Numbered from the stretch's first letter, positions 23,961 through 37,590 are shown. The stretch is 64,000 bases of DNA from the human T2T-CHM13v2.0 reference genome, Homo sapiens (GCF_009914755.1 NC_060925.1); one strand, 5' to 3'. Numbers and translations are program-made. Notes: generated by a model from the sequence alone, not told the origin.

Positions 23961-25104
23961 ATTAAAACCACCACCACCAGCACCACTTCCAGTGGCTCCT
24001 CACTGCTCTCAGGACTGCTCAGCTAATCCCCATTAAGTTCAATATTGCCACCTTGCCTGACTCAGCTCCCAATGCATCCAAACCCCTTTATAAAAGTCTG
24101 AGTTCTGGACCTGTTTACATCTCTGGTCTCATCAGTCCCACTCCCCTGTTGTACAGCCAAATTCAGGCTCATTTGCACCTTGAGTTTTCAAGTCCTCACT
24201 TCTCACCTGGCTCATTGCCTTCACCTCTCAGGACCCAGGCTTGCTAGTGCTTCCTCTAGGTGCCTTCCCCCCATCCCGCCTTTGTGTTAGGAACCTCTTC
24301 TGTGTGCTCCCACAGCAGCCAATTCTCCGCCTATCGTAACTGCCTCTCCTTCACCTCCTGCTAGACCATGAACTCTTTGAGGGCACAGGTGTTATCCACA
24401 GAGACACTCAAGAAATACATACTGAAAAGAAGGAAGGAAGGACTAGAGGAAAAGAAAGAGGGGCAAGATCACACGCAAACCTACTCCAGCCGTGACATTT
24501 GCCACCCAAAGCCTTGACATGCCCAGGCCCTGAAACCCTGTCATGGTCTTTGTCTCCAGCTTCCAAAGCCCTGAAGGTTTCAGGCCCTTCCCCACCTCCG
24601 TTCCCTTCTAGCATCTTGGTTTCCCCAGGACTTCACTGTGCCAGGAGACTGGCTAGGACCTGAGCTCTCATCTGTCTGGCCAGCCTGTCCTGCAAACCCA
24701 GGCAGTCAAGGGTGGCAGTGGTGGTGCTGGGGCGCCCCAGTCCTAGCCAGTGATGCCCTGGAGAAAGGCCTAGCTATGCCTAGGGACTCTGGGAAGGGGG
24801 GATGCCCTCCCTAAGCCGTGTCCCACCTGGTAAATATTTCATCCTCAAGCTGCTCAGCTAATCCCTATTAATTTCAATACCGCCGCCTTGCCTGGCTCAG
24901 CTCCCAATGCATTATTTATCCCCTTTGTTTGTTTGTCGCTAACAGGTGGGCCCCAGTGGAGGCACTGACTGGGGACAAGCCCACTCTATCACAGTGTGGC
25001 TGTGAATTAATCATGAGGACTAATGGGAACCACCTCAGCTCCAGGCACTTCCCTAGCTGCCTCCCCCTGCCCTGGCACCCAGGGGTGGGCCAGGGCCATC
25101 TCAA

Positions 25105-25600
25105 CTCAATTTAACTCAATTCAAACAGCACATTTTATTTACTATCTGCCTATACGTGTCAGACACTGTGCTATGCTTTGGGGATATAAGCCAAATGAAA
25201 CAGACATTTCTTGCCTTCAGGGAACTTACAATCTAGTGAGGGAGACAGGCATTAAACAACTTTCAAACAAATAATTTCTTAATTACAACTGTGATTAAAT
25301 GCTACAAATGGGGAGAGCAGGGTGCTGAGAAAAAGTACACGGGGAAAGGGGGACTTGATCAAGTCTAGGAGTCAGGGAAAGCATTCCTGAGGAAGCAAAC
25401 TTTAAGCTGAGCTCTGAGGGATGAGGAAGAGTTAATTAGGTTGTGGGGTGGAAATATGGGGCTCTGGGGGAAAATAAAGCCACATGGGAAGGCAATAAGG
25501 TAAAAGAAGGTGTGGCAGGTTCCAAGAGATGAGGGAAGGGCGTGGAGTGTGGGGAGCAGGAGGAGAGTGGCTTAAGGGGGGCAGGAGAGGGCAGCAGAGG
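25105..25600 (-). mobile_element. L2 3' fragment
   Basis: 'ttgccttcagggaacttacaatctagtgagggagacag...tcagggaaagcattcctgaggaag'. Confidence 0.7.
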
Positions 25601-28600
25601 ACAGAGGCTGTGAGTCTGTGCCCAAGTAGACAGGGACTCCCCCTAAGCTGACAAGGCTCAGAGTGGGGACACTCTTCCGCCAAAATGATCAAGCTGTCCT
25701 GATGGGTCACCATGGAGCCCTCCTGAACACAGGATTTTCACTCACCACCTCCAAAACATGCACTCCCACTACCTCTGCCAACTTGAGCAACTGGTGATTT
25801 CTTGATCTTGTGCTTGTGGCCTTCTAAGGCTGTCCCTCGTGCTAGGCCCACCTCCTCCAGGGACTCCAGGAGTCCTACTTGCTCTTCTTGCCCACCCTTG
25901 AGGTAGTCAAGGGCATTAACCCTCAAATGGGCTGGTCAGGGGACTCAGGGGAGCGCCTGGCCCGGGGACTTGTGAGAAGACCTGCGTGAGCTTCTCAGCA
26001 TCCTGAAGGCTTAGGTGCTTCCATGGAAGAACAGGGCTGGATCTGGCACCTCAACCCTATGGTAGAACCAGGAACACGGCTGGCAACATTGACGTGCCTC
26101 AGCCAAAAGTGCTCACTTCACCTCCCACAAAGGAGCATCTCTCACCTCTGAAGCCCTGGTATTGGCCTGGGCACCCAGAAGACCTCAGCAAACATTTTCT
26201 GAATGAATGACTAAACACAGGGAAGGCTCCATCATCTCCCACAATGATCTCTTTCCCAGACACTTCACTCAGAAACTTTTCTAGAAATTTAAATAGATGA
26301 AGGAGCAAATATGGGCCAAAGATTTTACAGTTCTTGCTTCCAGTGAGCCTGACAGTTAGAGGCCAGCATCAACCCCATTTTCAAGAGGAAGAAACATCCC
26401 ATAGTGAATGACTTACCTAGTACCACTCAACCTTGAAGGCATGAGCCTTAAACTGAATGAGGTCAGCCCAGCTCCAGGCTCCAGCATATCAAGATATGCT
26501 CCCTCTGTGGGCATTTCCCCAGGCACCCTAGCTCTCTAGAACAATCCTAAAAGGCACCTGGTTTATGAACTAGGTGCAGCTCTGCCAGGGCAGAGGCCTC
26601 ACTGTGCACATGCTCAGGGTTTGTATTTCTATTCAAAGTGGCCACTTTGAAAATCCATACGTCTCCAGGCTCCCTGTACATCATGGTGTCAAGTCTTGGA
26701 GCAGAGGCATCCATCAGGGGCTCCCGAAGGCCACGGTCTGCATGCCCACGTGCCTGATCCCACCCACGTGCCTGGCCTTGGCTCCCGGCGGCCGGCAGCA
26801 CTACCTTGTCCTGTGCACAGGCTCACTGTAGCCCTAGCCCGTCTGCTTGGCCCTCTTACCCTGGCCTTAGACTCCTCTGGGTGCCCTGCCTCACCCCTGC
26901 CCCAGAATACCTCCTCGGCCCTACGCGGCCTCTGCTCTTCTCTCTTGGAGCCAGGCAGCCAGCACGGAGGCAGCCTCGATAACTCGCTAACGTGCTGCCC
27001 ATGCTGTTCTTAAAAATTTATGACTGTGCACCATGAAAAATCCAGCTGAGGAGCCATCATTAGCGGTGCTGCCTCCCTCCCCCACCAGAGCCACCCTCGT
27101 AAATTGAGATTTATGGCTGCGGCAGGCGGGGCGGGGGCGTGTGCAGGCAATGAGGATGTTGTGGGGGAGACAGGGAGAGACCAATGAGGCAGCCGCGGGG
27201 CCAGGGGCTCCCCCCTGCGGCAGCTCCGGTTTATCGCAGGCTGCAGTGATAATCCCTGCGGAGAGTAAGGGCCGGCCTGGGTGTCAGCGCAGGGCTAGAT
27301 CCCGCCTAGCAGTGGGACGGGACAGGTCGGGGAGGGGCCTAAACCAATCACCGGCTCCTTTCGGTGTATAGGGCCAGATCTTGAGGTGCCAGGTTCCAAG
27401 CAAAGGCCTTTAGGGAAGAAGCATCATCGTTGCGGAGATCACAAGGCCTGGCCACCGGAGTCAGCTTCTCCCACCAGAAGCATCTGGGTTGGGCTGACTG
27501 TCCTATCCCAACCCAAGAGTGACGGGGAGGCAGGAAGGATGCCTGAGAGCCTCCTCTCCCCTTCCTCTGGTAAGATGGGCCCATGGAAGGGATATTCACA
27601 GCGAGAGTATAGGACTGAACCCCATCACATAGCCTCCCCCCACAGAGGCCAGACTGGGGCTGAAAGGAAAAGGAAGTGATCCCACAGCCTGCATCTACCC
27701 TGCAGGAGGAGGGGAGGAAGAGTCCCCTCCTCCTCCTCCCCTGCTCACTTAGCCCTGTCAGCCAGGCCATTATGAAATTGGGGTTTCATTTACAGACTAA
27801 TTAAACATTACAGCTTGTTCACAATTACAACGCGGGGATGAGGGAGTAACTAATTACGGAAGAAATGAGCTAACATTTATCTCTGCTCCCACCCTCCCTC
27901 TCCCCACTGCTGCCCCCTCCCCCCCCCAATCCAGCTTCCTCCCACTCCCTGGTCACTACCAACTCTCTAGGCTTATTTCCTAGGGTGGGAGACTGGAAGG
28001 GGCCTGGTAACCCCCAGCCCTGGACATAAGATCTAACTGCTATTCTTAGCTATTCTGGGAGAGGGGCTTAAGAACTCAGGGCCCTGTGGCAGGGGACAGT
28101 AGGTGCTTATGTGCAAGACCCTGTGGGTATGGCCTGTGATGGTATGTGTGGCTATGATATCTGGTGTGGGGGTCTGCTTTGGGGTGTGTGACACTGCTGT
28201 GGGGCTGCAAGACTCTGCATTATCTCCATCTTGTGGCAAAAGGTCTTGATGTGACTGCTGCAGATCACTGTGTGATGGGATATGAGTGTGAATGAATCAC
28301 ACCCTCAACCCTCAGCCCCAGGCCAGGATAGAAAAGAACTAAGCGGCTGCAGGAGGTGATGGTTAATGCAGGCCTGGGATATGGCCCCTAGAGCCCAGAG
28401 TCCAGAGCCCAAATTCCTGCTGGGAGGCCCCATTCACTCTCCTGCCTCAGAAGCAAGAGGGGCAGGGTTACCCTGCCCTGGGGCTCAGCTGGCCTGGCCT
28501 TGGCCTCTTGCCAGATGTTCCCTCTGGGGCCCAAGGAACCTCCTGGGGGCCTGGGGTGCCCCCTGTGGGCAGGAATCCTGGGGTCTGGCTGGCCTGCCAC

Positions 28601-29384
28601 AGGGTTTAATAATAGTAACAGTGAGTGTAAGCGTTTCCATCCTTCCTGTCTTTGGGCAGAAGAAAGGAAAGAGGAGGGAGAGGAGGGAGAGGAGGGAGTG
28701 GAGGGAGCCGGCTGAAGGGAGGCTTTGAGGCCTCAGAACTCACATCAAACGGCAGGATCTGGGCCTAATTGTCTGACCCCTGCCCCTGCCTTCAATCAGC
28801 TCTGCGGCTCCCCGCCCGCCCCTTGCCTAACTAGCAGCCATGTTCTCCTCATTAGGACAAGCTCCCCTTGCACACGTGTCCCTGGACATGTCTCCAGCAC
28901 TCCCAGCTCCCAGCCCTGCCTGGTGGGAGGGTACAGCAGGGACCCAGTTTTGGAGGGGCCTCTGGGACAGCTATACCCTCAGCCACCACAGCAGGCTGGC
29001 TTGGGCTACACCAGCCCCTCCTTGAGCTACATGGGCCTAGAGGCCGTGTGCTGGGACACACTTCTGCGCTGGCTCAGCTGCTGGGTACATTCTGTCCTCT
29101 GTGTGTCCTTCTTGCTACAGCCCAACTGTCTCAGACACACAGCTCCTGAGAGCAGGGCCTATTTGATTCCAGTCCCCTTTGGCCTGGTTCAGCCTGGCTT
29201 GGGCTGGTTTAGCCTAGTAGGAGGTTTGAGTCAGGGTCTGTGTTCACAGGCTAGTAGCTGAATGAACTTCTCTGCCTACGGTACAAGGATGGCTCTCTTA
29301 AATGGATCCAGGCGTGGTGACATGTCGCGTGTCTGCAGCTGGTGGAATGGAAGGAAAGCAGTACTCGTGGTGGTGAAGAACTCC

Positions 29385-29585
29385 AACCCTAGACTAGGAG
29401 AGATATGTTCAAATTCCTGCTCTCTCACTTCCTTGCTGAGCAGCAATCGGTCATGACAACCTTCTGGACCCTCAGTTTCCTCACATCCAGTAGAGATGAC
29501 AGCCCTTATCACGGGGTTTGAGAATTCAATGAGAGAACAGATATAAAGCCCTCTGTACTAATACCTGGCCCTCAGCAAATGTAGA
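29385..29585 (+). mobile_element. MIR
   Basis: 'ttcaaattcctgctctctcactt...cctcagtttcctcacat'. Confidence 0.65.
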
Positions 29586-30692
29586 ATGACACTGGTGTGA
29601 TTCAGACCAGACCAAACAAATTCCCCTCTCTGCAGGCCACAGGCCCCACTTTGCCCAGTGGGGCCTAGGCCTGGTCAGTAGTGTCCAGGATGGGAGGAGC
29701 TAAGAGGAAGGGTCCAGAACCCTGCAGAAGGGTAGGGGCAGCCCCAGGGGGCACAGCTAATACTGAGGACAGAGCACCTATGCTGGAGCCAAAGCATAGG
29801 GAGGGATGTCCCACAGTAGCTGCAGGTGGAAGGGCAGGGCCCAGCTTAAGGAATGTCAGTTGGCATTAGGTCAGATGGGGTAGGTCAGCAGGGCTGGCCC
29901 ATGAAGTGTGGATTGTCCCATGAGTACTGTGGGCCTGAAAGGAGGGGCTGCTGTGAATGCCACTGGAGTGAAGGCTGTCTGTGCCACTCTAGGGATTGAT
30001 TCTCAGGGTACCAGGAACTGGGGGAGGGGCTGGCCTGGTCTGGGCCCTGACATTGTCTCTCACCTTAAACCAGTGGTAATGACTTGCAAATATTGATGAA
30101 AACACAAACTACAGATATTGTGTTTTCAGGGAGTGAAGGTGGGGAGAGGGGATAAGGAGGAAAATAAACTGAAATGAAGTCCGGTTATCTCCCATCTGTG
30201 GCTGCTCCTAATCCCCCAGCCCACAGGAATCCAATGCAGTCCCTTATCTGCCCTGTCAATCACTCAATCACCGCCCAGTGCTTGGTGGGCACCGCACGCC
30301 CTCACACACACTCAAACACATGCTCACACATGCACACACATGCACACACTTCACTGACTCTTGCTCTAACACTCCCACCCACCCCCAGCCCATTACTCCT
30401 CTGAGTAGGAGCAGCCAGCACGCGGGTCCTGCCAGATGGATGCAATTTGCATAATATCAGCAGTGGAGGCTGCAAGATCACCAGGGGTCAGGGCGCTGAC
30501 ATCCCCGCACAGTCTATCTGCAAGTGCTAATTTGGCCGGCATTGATCTGTCTTTCTGATTTCTTTGTCATTTAAGTCTGCGATGGTTTGACAGGAGATAC
30601 AGAGAGAGACAAGGGGAGGCGAGGCCGGGGCCTGGGGCTAGGAAGGTGGGGAAACAAAGATTGTACTTCCTAAAGAATCAAACACACATAAC

Positions 30693-30740
30693 ACATACAT
30701 ACATACATACATACATACATACATACATACATACATACAT
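30693..30740. repeat. (ACAT)12 tetranucleotide STR, followed by a (CCAT)n-like tract with a ~25-bp duplication to ~30830
   Basis: Direct reading. Confidence 0.95.
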
Positions 30741-32779
30741 ACAGGAGAACCTTCTTCCATCCATCTGTCCATCAACTCACCCACCCATCTAGTCCATCAA
30801 CTCACCCATCCATCTAGCCATTCTTCCATCTATGGTTGCTACTGAAGAACAGTCTGGTGTCTGGCAAGAACCAATTCCTCAGATGTCTCTGGGGCTCCAA
30901 GGGGGTCAGCTCAGGAAGGAAGGAGCCAGCACCCTCTCCCCAGGCACTATCCAGGCAGGCCAGTGCAGACCCTGTCAATGATGGGAGAGTTAACCCTTCT
31001 CATGACCATCCATCTCCCTAGCTTCTCACTTTCTTAGGGCCACACCAGAAAGAACTGGATGGGAGGGGGCAGTAGTGTACAGTAGTACTGTGCTCTGCCC
31101 TTCCCCACAAGGCAGCTGGGCTGACTCCTCCCCTCCCAGCCCTGAAGGTGGCCAAAGCTGGGGGAAGCAGGCAAGGTACCTCTCTGGAAGGACATCAAGG
31201 TCTGTAGAGGCCTCACATCAATGCATCACCACTCAGGTCATCTGAAGCCCAGAAGACTTCATGAATCTCACTGATTCTGAGGCTCTCTAGTTGAGCCAGA
31301 AAGTCCCACATCCTATCAGATCTAAATGCTACCTCCTAAACCCTCAGCCAAGGTCCTCACATTCTTCCTTGCCTTGAGTGGGGGTCCCCCACAGGAATGG
31401 GGACACTGCCAGGCTAGATGTCATGGAGAAAGGGGATGGGAGGAGAAGACTGCAGCTCTGGGAAGCAAGAACCCTCTGCAGAGAGGTGGACACGGTCACT
31501 CTGTCAAGGGATGCAGAGGGGCTTGAGGCTTCCCAGAGGTGCAAGGCCCCCTCCCCCAGGCCACAGTGGCTCTATCTTGGTACCACCCCCTTTCCTTGCC
31601 TGTGGTAGCAGGAATAGGGTGATCAGAAGGAACTCCCTGCTGGGCAAGACGGGGGCTGGCGTTTGGTGTGTGCTAATCCTGGGCCCGAGGTCTTCAGAGG
31701 GACCCGGGAAACTTCAAGGAGGGAAGGCAAAGCTGTACTGCAGACGAGCTCATTAGCCAGCACCCCCCGCACCCCCCTCAACGAGGAGGAGGGCGGGCAG
31801 CCCAGTGAGCGTGGCGGCAGAGGCGGCAGAGAAAAGGCTGTCACTGTCCTTTCTTCCTTTTGGTACAAGCGTCTCCCTGAGCCGACGATTCTCCCGCAGT
31901 GACACCTCTCATGGGCACTAATGAGATCTGTGTCACAGAGCTAATGCGTTCTGACTGGACTCTTGATAGACACCCCACTCCTTCAGGGGAGACCACAGGC
32001 CAGCCCACTGCCCCCCTGGGGCCCAGGCCCCCACCCTGCCACCTGCCAGCCCAGCTCTCTTGCCAAACAGTTCTGGGTAGCAAGCTCTTGAGAGTCCACT
32101 TGGTTTCTGGCCATGCCACCTGTACCACAAGCCTCAGTGGGATCCTTCTCCATCCCAGAGCAGAGGGGACAAGCTCCTAGGCAGGACCACCCAGCCGGGC
32201 ATCAGGGAAGGTTCCAGTTACTCTCCTAGCCAGCTGAAACCAGCAGTAGTCTGTGAGGCCTCCAAGTTACAATAGCAGGTGAGATTTTACTGACATTTCC
32301 TGTGCAGATTTCCAAAAAAGAAGGGAAGGAGGTCCAGGCCCTGCCCTTAGAGAACCCAAGTGCGTAGGGCCAGATCATTACCTCTGACAAATTATAATAG
32401 GGCCCAAGTGTGTGTTTTGAACACTCATACTGGGAGAGCCAGGCGAGACTCCCAGAGGAGGTGGCCCCTGGAAGATTAGCAGAACTTTCCTGGGCCATGA
32501 GGTAGAGAACTGAAATCACAAAGAACCGTCAGGGCCAGAAGGAGGTCAGATGCCAACAATTGCAGGTCCCTGGCTCAGGGTGACTGTAGCAGCAGAGAGG
32601 GAGTGGTGATGCTGCCTTTGCTTTCTTCCTCAGCTGCTGCTACCGAAGGTCTGTTCAGGCCTGCGTGTTTCACTTGACGCTGAGGGAAATGAGGGAAGCG
32701 AGCTTGTTTTCTTCCACATCGTCTCTATTGGTAGCGCAAAGCCCAACACCAAAAGGGTGCTTCATAGTTCCACAGTGAT

Positions 32780-32970
32780 AACAACACAGGCTCTGCACTC
32801 AGATGGGCTTGGGTTTGAATCCTGGCTCCTCAACCAACTGGCTATGTGACCTTAGGCAGTTCACTTCACTGAGACTCAGTTTCTTCATCTATAAAATGGG
32901 AATGATGATGCCTGCCTTCATTAAGACTGTTGTGAAAACTAAATTAGTTAACATAAAGTGCTTCCAAATA
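32780..32970 (+). mobile_element. MIR
   Basis: 'gggtttgaatcctggctc...gctatgtgaccttaggc...ctcagtttcttcatctataaaatggg'. Confidence 0.8.
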
Positions 32971-35900
32971 ATATGAGTGCTTACTGCCCCTTTGCTGAAA
33001 TGAATGAAGGACCACTCAGCAGTCCCCTGTGGAGGCTGCCCTCCCTCAGAGCCTGTGGTCCAAACTAAGGATGCTGACAGAGACCATCGGCAGCCCTGGA
33101 GTCAGCAGTTCTAGATGCATGCAGGCCCTACTCACCACAACCTGCTCTGGCACCATGCTGTTCACCAGTCTCCCAAGGCCAAATCCGCTACCCCAGGAGG
33201 AAGTGCCCTCCCCTGACTATGATGTCACGCTGACAAGCCTCCAGCAGCCTTTCTGTCCAGTGCTGCATCACCTCCGGACCCTCCTTGGCCATCCCTAAAC
33301 CTGACTTCACCTTCAGTCCCCAGGGCCAAGCCCACAACTCCATTTGTGAGCTCTGTGGTGACAGAGCACTGTGTCTGCCATTGTTACCAATACATTTCTA
33401 GCACCTACCATGGTTCCTGATATATGGTAGGTCCAAGGTAGTGTGTACTGAATGAAAGAAAGTTTTACCTGGTGTCCTACCTCTATTTCCAGGGCCGATG
33501 CACTCTTGCTTACCTTGCTGCCCCTCCCCTTCAGCCTCCTTGTCTGCAGTCTCTCCTCACTAGTCCTTCCCCTACAAACTATGAGCATCCTCTGACTGAA
33601 GCCAACACTGACCATGTAACTCCCCTGCCCAAAACACTCCTACAGCTTTCCCACGCACAACCATCCTAGTAGCCCCCTCCCCTACAGCCTGAGCCCCTTC
33701 CCCACACCCGTCACCCCAAGTCTGCCTCCGTGTTCTCTCAGCACCTCCACACCACCCATGCCACACCCCTGTGGCACTGCAGGAGGACTGAGCAGACCCT
33801 GGACATGGCTCAGCTGTGGGATCTGCAGCACCCTTGCCTGGAAGCCACCCAATGCTGCCTTACCCCCCCAGCCAATACACATACCACTCCCCACTCCAGG
33901 CTGGCAGCTCCTCACACAGTTAATTAGCACCATGTCACTAAGGACCAGCCTGAGTGGCCAGTGACAGGAGCTGACCTCTGACCCCCAGGGCTGGGAAGCA
34001 GTCCACGTCAAACTCTTACAGCGCGACCCTTTTAGCACGCACAGTAACTCGGGGCATCGCCAGCTGAAGCTCATTAAAGCTGTCTCTTTGGTGCGAGGGC
34101 CATTAACCTCACTGCTCAAAACCCACGCCTCCCCTTCCCCGCCTCTCCCAGCCCAATTAATGCCCTGCATCCTCCCTCCCTTCCAAGCACCCTCACCCAC
34201 ACCTCAGAGCCAGCCTGGAGGTGGCAGGGCAGCCCTCTTCATTCAAAGACTACAAAGACCAAGTGTCAAGAAGCCCAGTGTCCTGGGGAGCCGCTGGTGC
34301 TGGCAACAGAGTAGGGAGCCCCTTCAGCCCCATGGTGTGCTCAGCACTGCATGAACACTTTCCCCAGGGGACTCACTGAGCCTTCCCAATAACCCAGAGA
34401 AGCAGGTGGCATTGTCCTTCATCTAAGGTCACAGGGTTCTGGGTGGAAGAACCAGAACTACTTCTGGCTCCAAAGCCCTTACTCCATTGTCACTCAGAGC
34501 CTTGGGCTGCCCCATAGGGCCCAGCCAGATAAAGAAACCTTCTCTGAAAAAGGAAGGGACACCTCACAGGTCCTAACCTAGGGTCAACAGGTGAACAGAC
34601 AACAGGGGCATTGCTGAGTCTCAAGAAGCACAAAGAGTGGGAACGAGGAACCCCTTCTCACACACACACCCTGGGATAGATGATAGAAGGGGCACCCAGA
34701 TAAAGTATATGTGGGGTGCATTAACCCAGGCTGTCCCTAGCCCCCAGCCAGTTCTTCCTTCCCTGGACCAATGCAAGTCTTCTCACTGGTCCTCTTTGGT
34801 TCCTCCCTTTCCCATCACTCTTTCATTGATTCATTTACTCACCTACTCATTCATTCAACCACCCATATGCATTTATTGAGCACCTACTAAGAACTAGTTT
34901 TGTGCAACACAAACTGCCTCATTGATTCTGAATCAGGGCTTTGATCACGTCATTCTCTCACTCACAAACCTCCTATGTCTCCTCAAAACTGCAGGAAAAG
35001 TCCACACCCTTTAACCAGGCATTCAAGGCCTGCTTATATCTCTGTTTATTTTCTAGCTGCTTCCTAACCCAAATTTGCCACTCTAGTCATGGGAAGCTTC
35101 TTGTAGGTGTCTGAACTTGTCCTCAACACACTGGGTTTCTCATGCCCACAGGCCTTTCTACTGAGTCCTCCTATCTAAAATACCCTTCCCCCATTTTTCT
35201 GCCCAGCAAACTCCTATTCATCTTTCAAAGATCCCAATTCAAGTGTCCTCTTCTCTAGGAAACTTCCTGCTGACCTCCCAGGCATATTACACTGCTGGGT
35301 TTGGCGTCTTCTCTAGATTGTTTGGAAAACATCTGTGAAACATCTATGCGAGGGAACAGCAGTTATGGTGGAGCACCCCCACTTCCCCAGGCCTGTTGGT
35401 CACTTCCTCTTAGCCTGAGCCCTGGGAAACCCTTCAGATGTCCCAACAAGAATATGGGGGCATCCCTCCTGGGGTGAGATGCCCCCATATCACTACCTCT
35501 TAGTGAGAGGTAACTGAAAAAGTAGAAGCTACTTGGCAACTGAGGAGAGGGAAAACCACCTTTGGGGCAACCCAGGTGTTTTCTGTCACAGCCCTTAGTA
35601 CCCTGGGTGGCAAGCACCTATTTCAGTCCCTGTCTCTTCCCAGGATGTGAGCTCACTGAGAACAGAAACTTCTACTTAGCATGCCCAGCATCCACAAGGT
35701 ACCAGTGAATGTCTGGAATGGATAAAGGATCTACTCTGAAGGAGGTGACTGGGTCCTTTGGTCCTGGTATTCTCTCTCCAGTCCCCCCCCACAATGATGC
35801 GACCCCAAAGGCTCACAGGTTGTGGTAATGTCAGCACACTGCCCAGAGATACTCTGGCTCCTCCCCACTTGGAACAAGGCCTATGCTTGGTCAGGTGCCT

Positions 35901-36829
35901 CACCTGAGAGCATCTGCATGCACACATGTGCATATGCAAACAAAATAAGATATACAGAACTGAACAGACACACCTGACAGATACACACACAGATTGGTAG
36001 CTGCTTCCACACAGACTCATGCCCTCAGAAAAATACAGATATACTGTTACACGCTCCCCAACAGACATGTATAATCATGGATACATTATACTCTGAGTCT
36101 GACACAGAGACATACAGCTAAAGGTGTCACACATATGCAGACACACAGATACAGACAGATAACATATTCATACTGATAGATCAGAAACTAACAAAACCTC
36201 CAACTGCCTGGAATCATAGCCACTCCAGTTTCCTTCCAAACAAGAATCCCCTTGAGGGTATACCCCCATTTGGTACCCCAAGTGGACCCCCTCAACCCAG
36301 GCACCGCTCAATGGAGGCTGCTGCTCCTGCGGGGGAGTCAATACCCTGTGGACGGAGTCATCGGTCAGAAGGACCCCGACTAATTAAAAGCTGGTGAGGT
36401 TTAAATAATTCATCTCCTTAACTCCCATTGATCGTCCAGTTTAGTGGCCACAGACTTCAAACAATATTAAACAGCCTCCTCCAGCTCCATGGGGGGTGGG
36501 TAAGCTGACATGTCCCCACCCACTGAGGACATTGCCCACTAGAGATGCAGCCAGTGAAGGAGGACCTTGGCCTGAGTCCAAGGCCATCTGTGACTCACCC
36601 AAAGCCCAGACCCCAGCCTCCTCCAAAATACCACTTTGAGTGGTGCCTTCCAGTGGTCCCATTCAGTAATTTTCTCATGCCACCCCCCTTCCACCATCCC
36701 CCCACCTATGTAGAGAGCCCTGTTGGGGCACTGAATGAGCCATGGAAACTCTCTATGTGCCTGGGGACTGGGGCACGCGGGCAAGGGACGATGGATGGAG
36801 CTGCCGGGGGAATATGCGAAGGGACTGAC

Positions 36830-36929
36830 CAATGCCGCTGTGGGGCCGGCCTATGTGTTGCAGGCTGAGGCCCTTGTTCATGTCTAGAAGTCCATTCTTG
36901 GGCCAGCAGCCCATGGCGAAGCTGTAAGC
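36830..36929 (-). CDS. ERI3: ERI3 penultimate coding exon (AYSFAMGCWPKNGLLDMNKGLSLQHIGRPHSGI-D)
   Basis: Acceptor ctgtcttccag|gct; 100 nt; donor g|gtcagt. The last intron is 10531-36829 (26.3 kb). The next upstream exon is outside the window. Confidence 0.95.
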
Positions 36930-37562
36930 CTGGAAGACAGGAGGCAAGTGGTTAACGGAGGCCCTGACCCTCTGAACCAACCCCACTCACAAGGTCTTCC
37001 CCCCACCCCCCAAATCTTTCCAACAAGGAATCCCTCTCATAATGCCATCTCGTGAGAGTCCCTTCTCCACCCAGGTCCTCCCCAGACCCAGCAGAAACTC
37101 CCTTCCTTCTCCAGAGTGCCTTTTCTCCTGGGCTTCTCCCCATCTGAGTCCCTGGCCCTCAATGGGTGCCCCTCACCAGGACTCCTCTCTAAGGAGTTCC
37201 CGTTCACTAGGCTCCTCCTTCTCAGGAGCCCTCCTCTCACAAGGGCATACCTGCACCTTGCACCCCTCCTTAGGATCTCCCCTTTCCGGAGCCCCCAGCA
37301 CTTTGCTGGGCCTCCTCCTCACAGTATTACTGTTCACAAAGACTAGCTTCAGGCAGGACCTTGGAAACCAGTGCATCCAAACTGCACTCCACAGACAGAA
37401 ATGTTGAAGTGAGAGCTGGCCAGCAAGGTGCCATGGTCAAGGTGCTTTTGACCACAAGCAGGCCAGGCTATGAAAGGATCTGGGAGCTTTGTGGTGGCTC
37501 AACTGAGGAGAGGAGTAAGGTCACTTGGTCAACTCAAGCAGCTGGGAGGGGTGTACATGGGG

Positions 37563-37590
37563 CGTGTGTGTGTATGTATGTGTGTGAGAG

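Noticed and set aside
28725-29261. 178-aa ORF and the other 60-170 aa intronic ORFs
   Set aside because: Low-complexity P/S/L/G composition expected from GC-rich DNA; many start at non-ATG codons or are Alu/L2 translations.
32300-33200. Intronic lncRNA (an ERI3 intronic transcript is annotated somewhere in this gene, from memory)
   Set aside because: No sequence evidence to place or support it.
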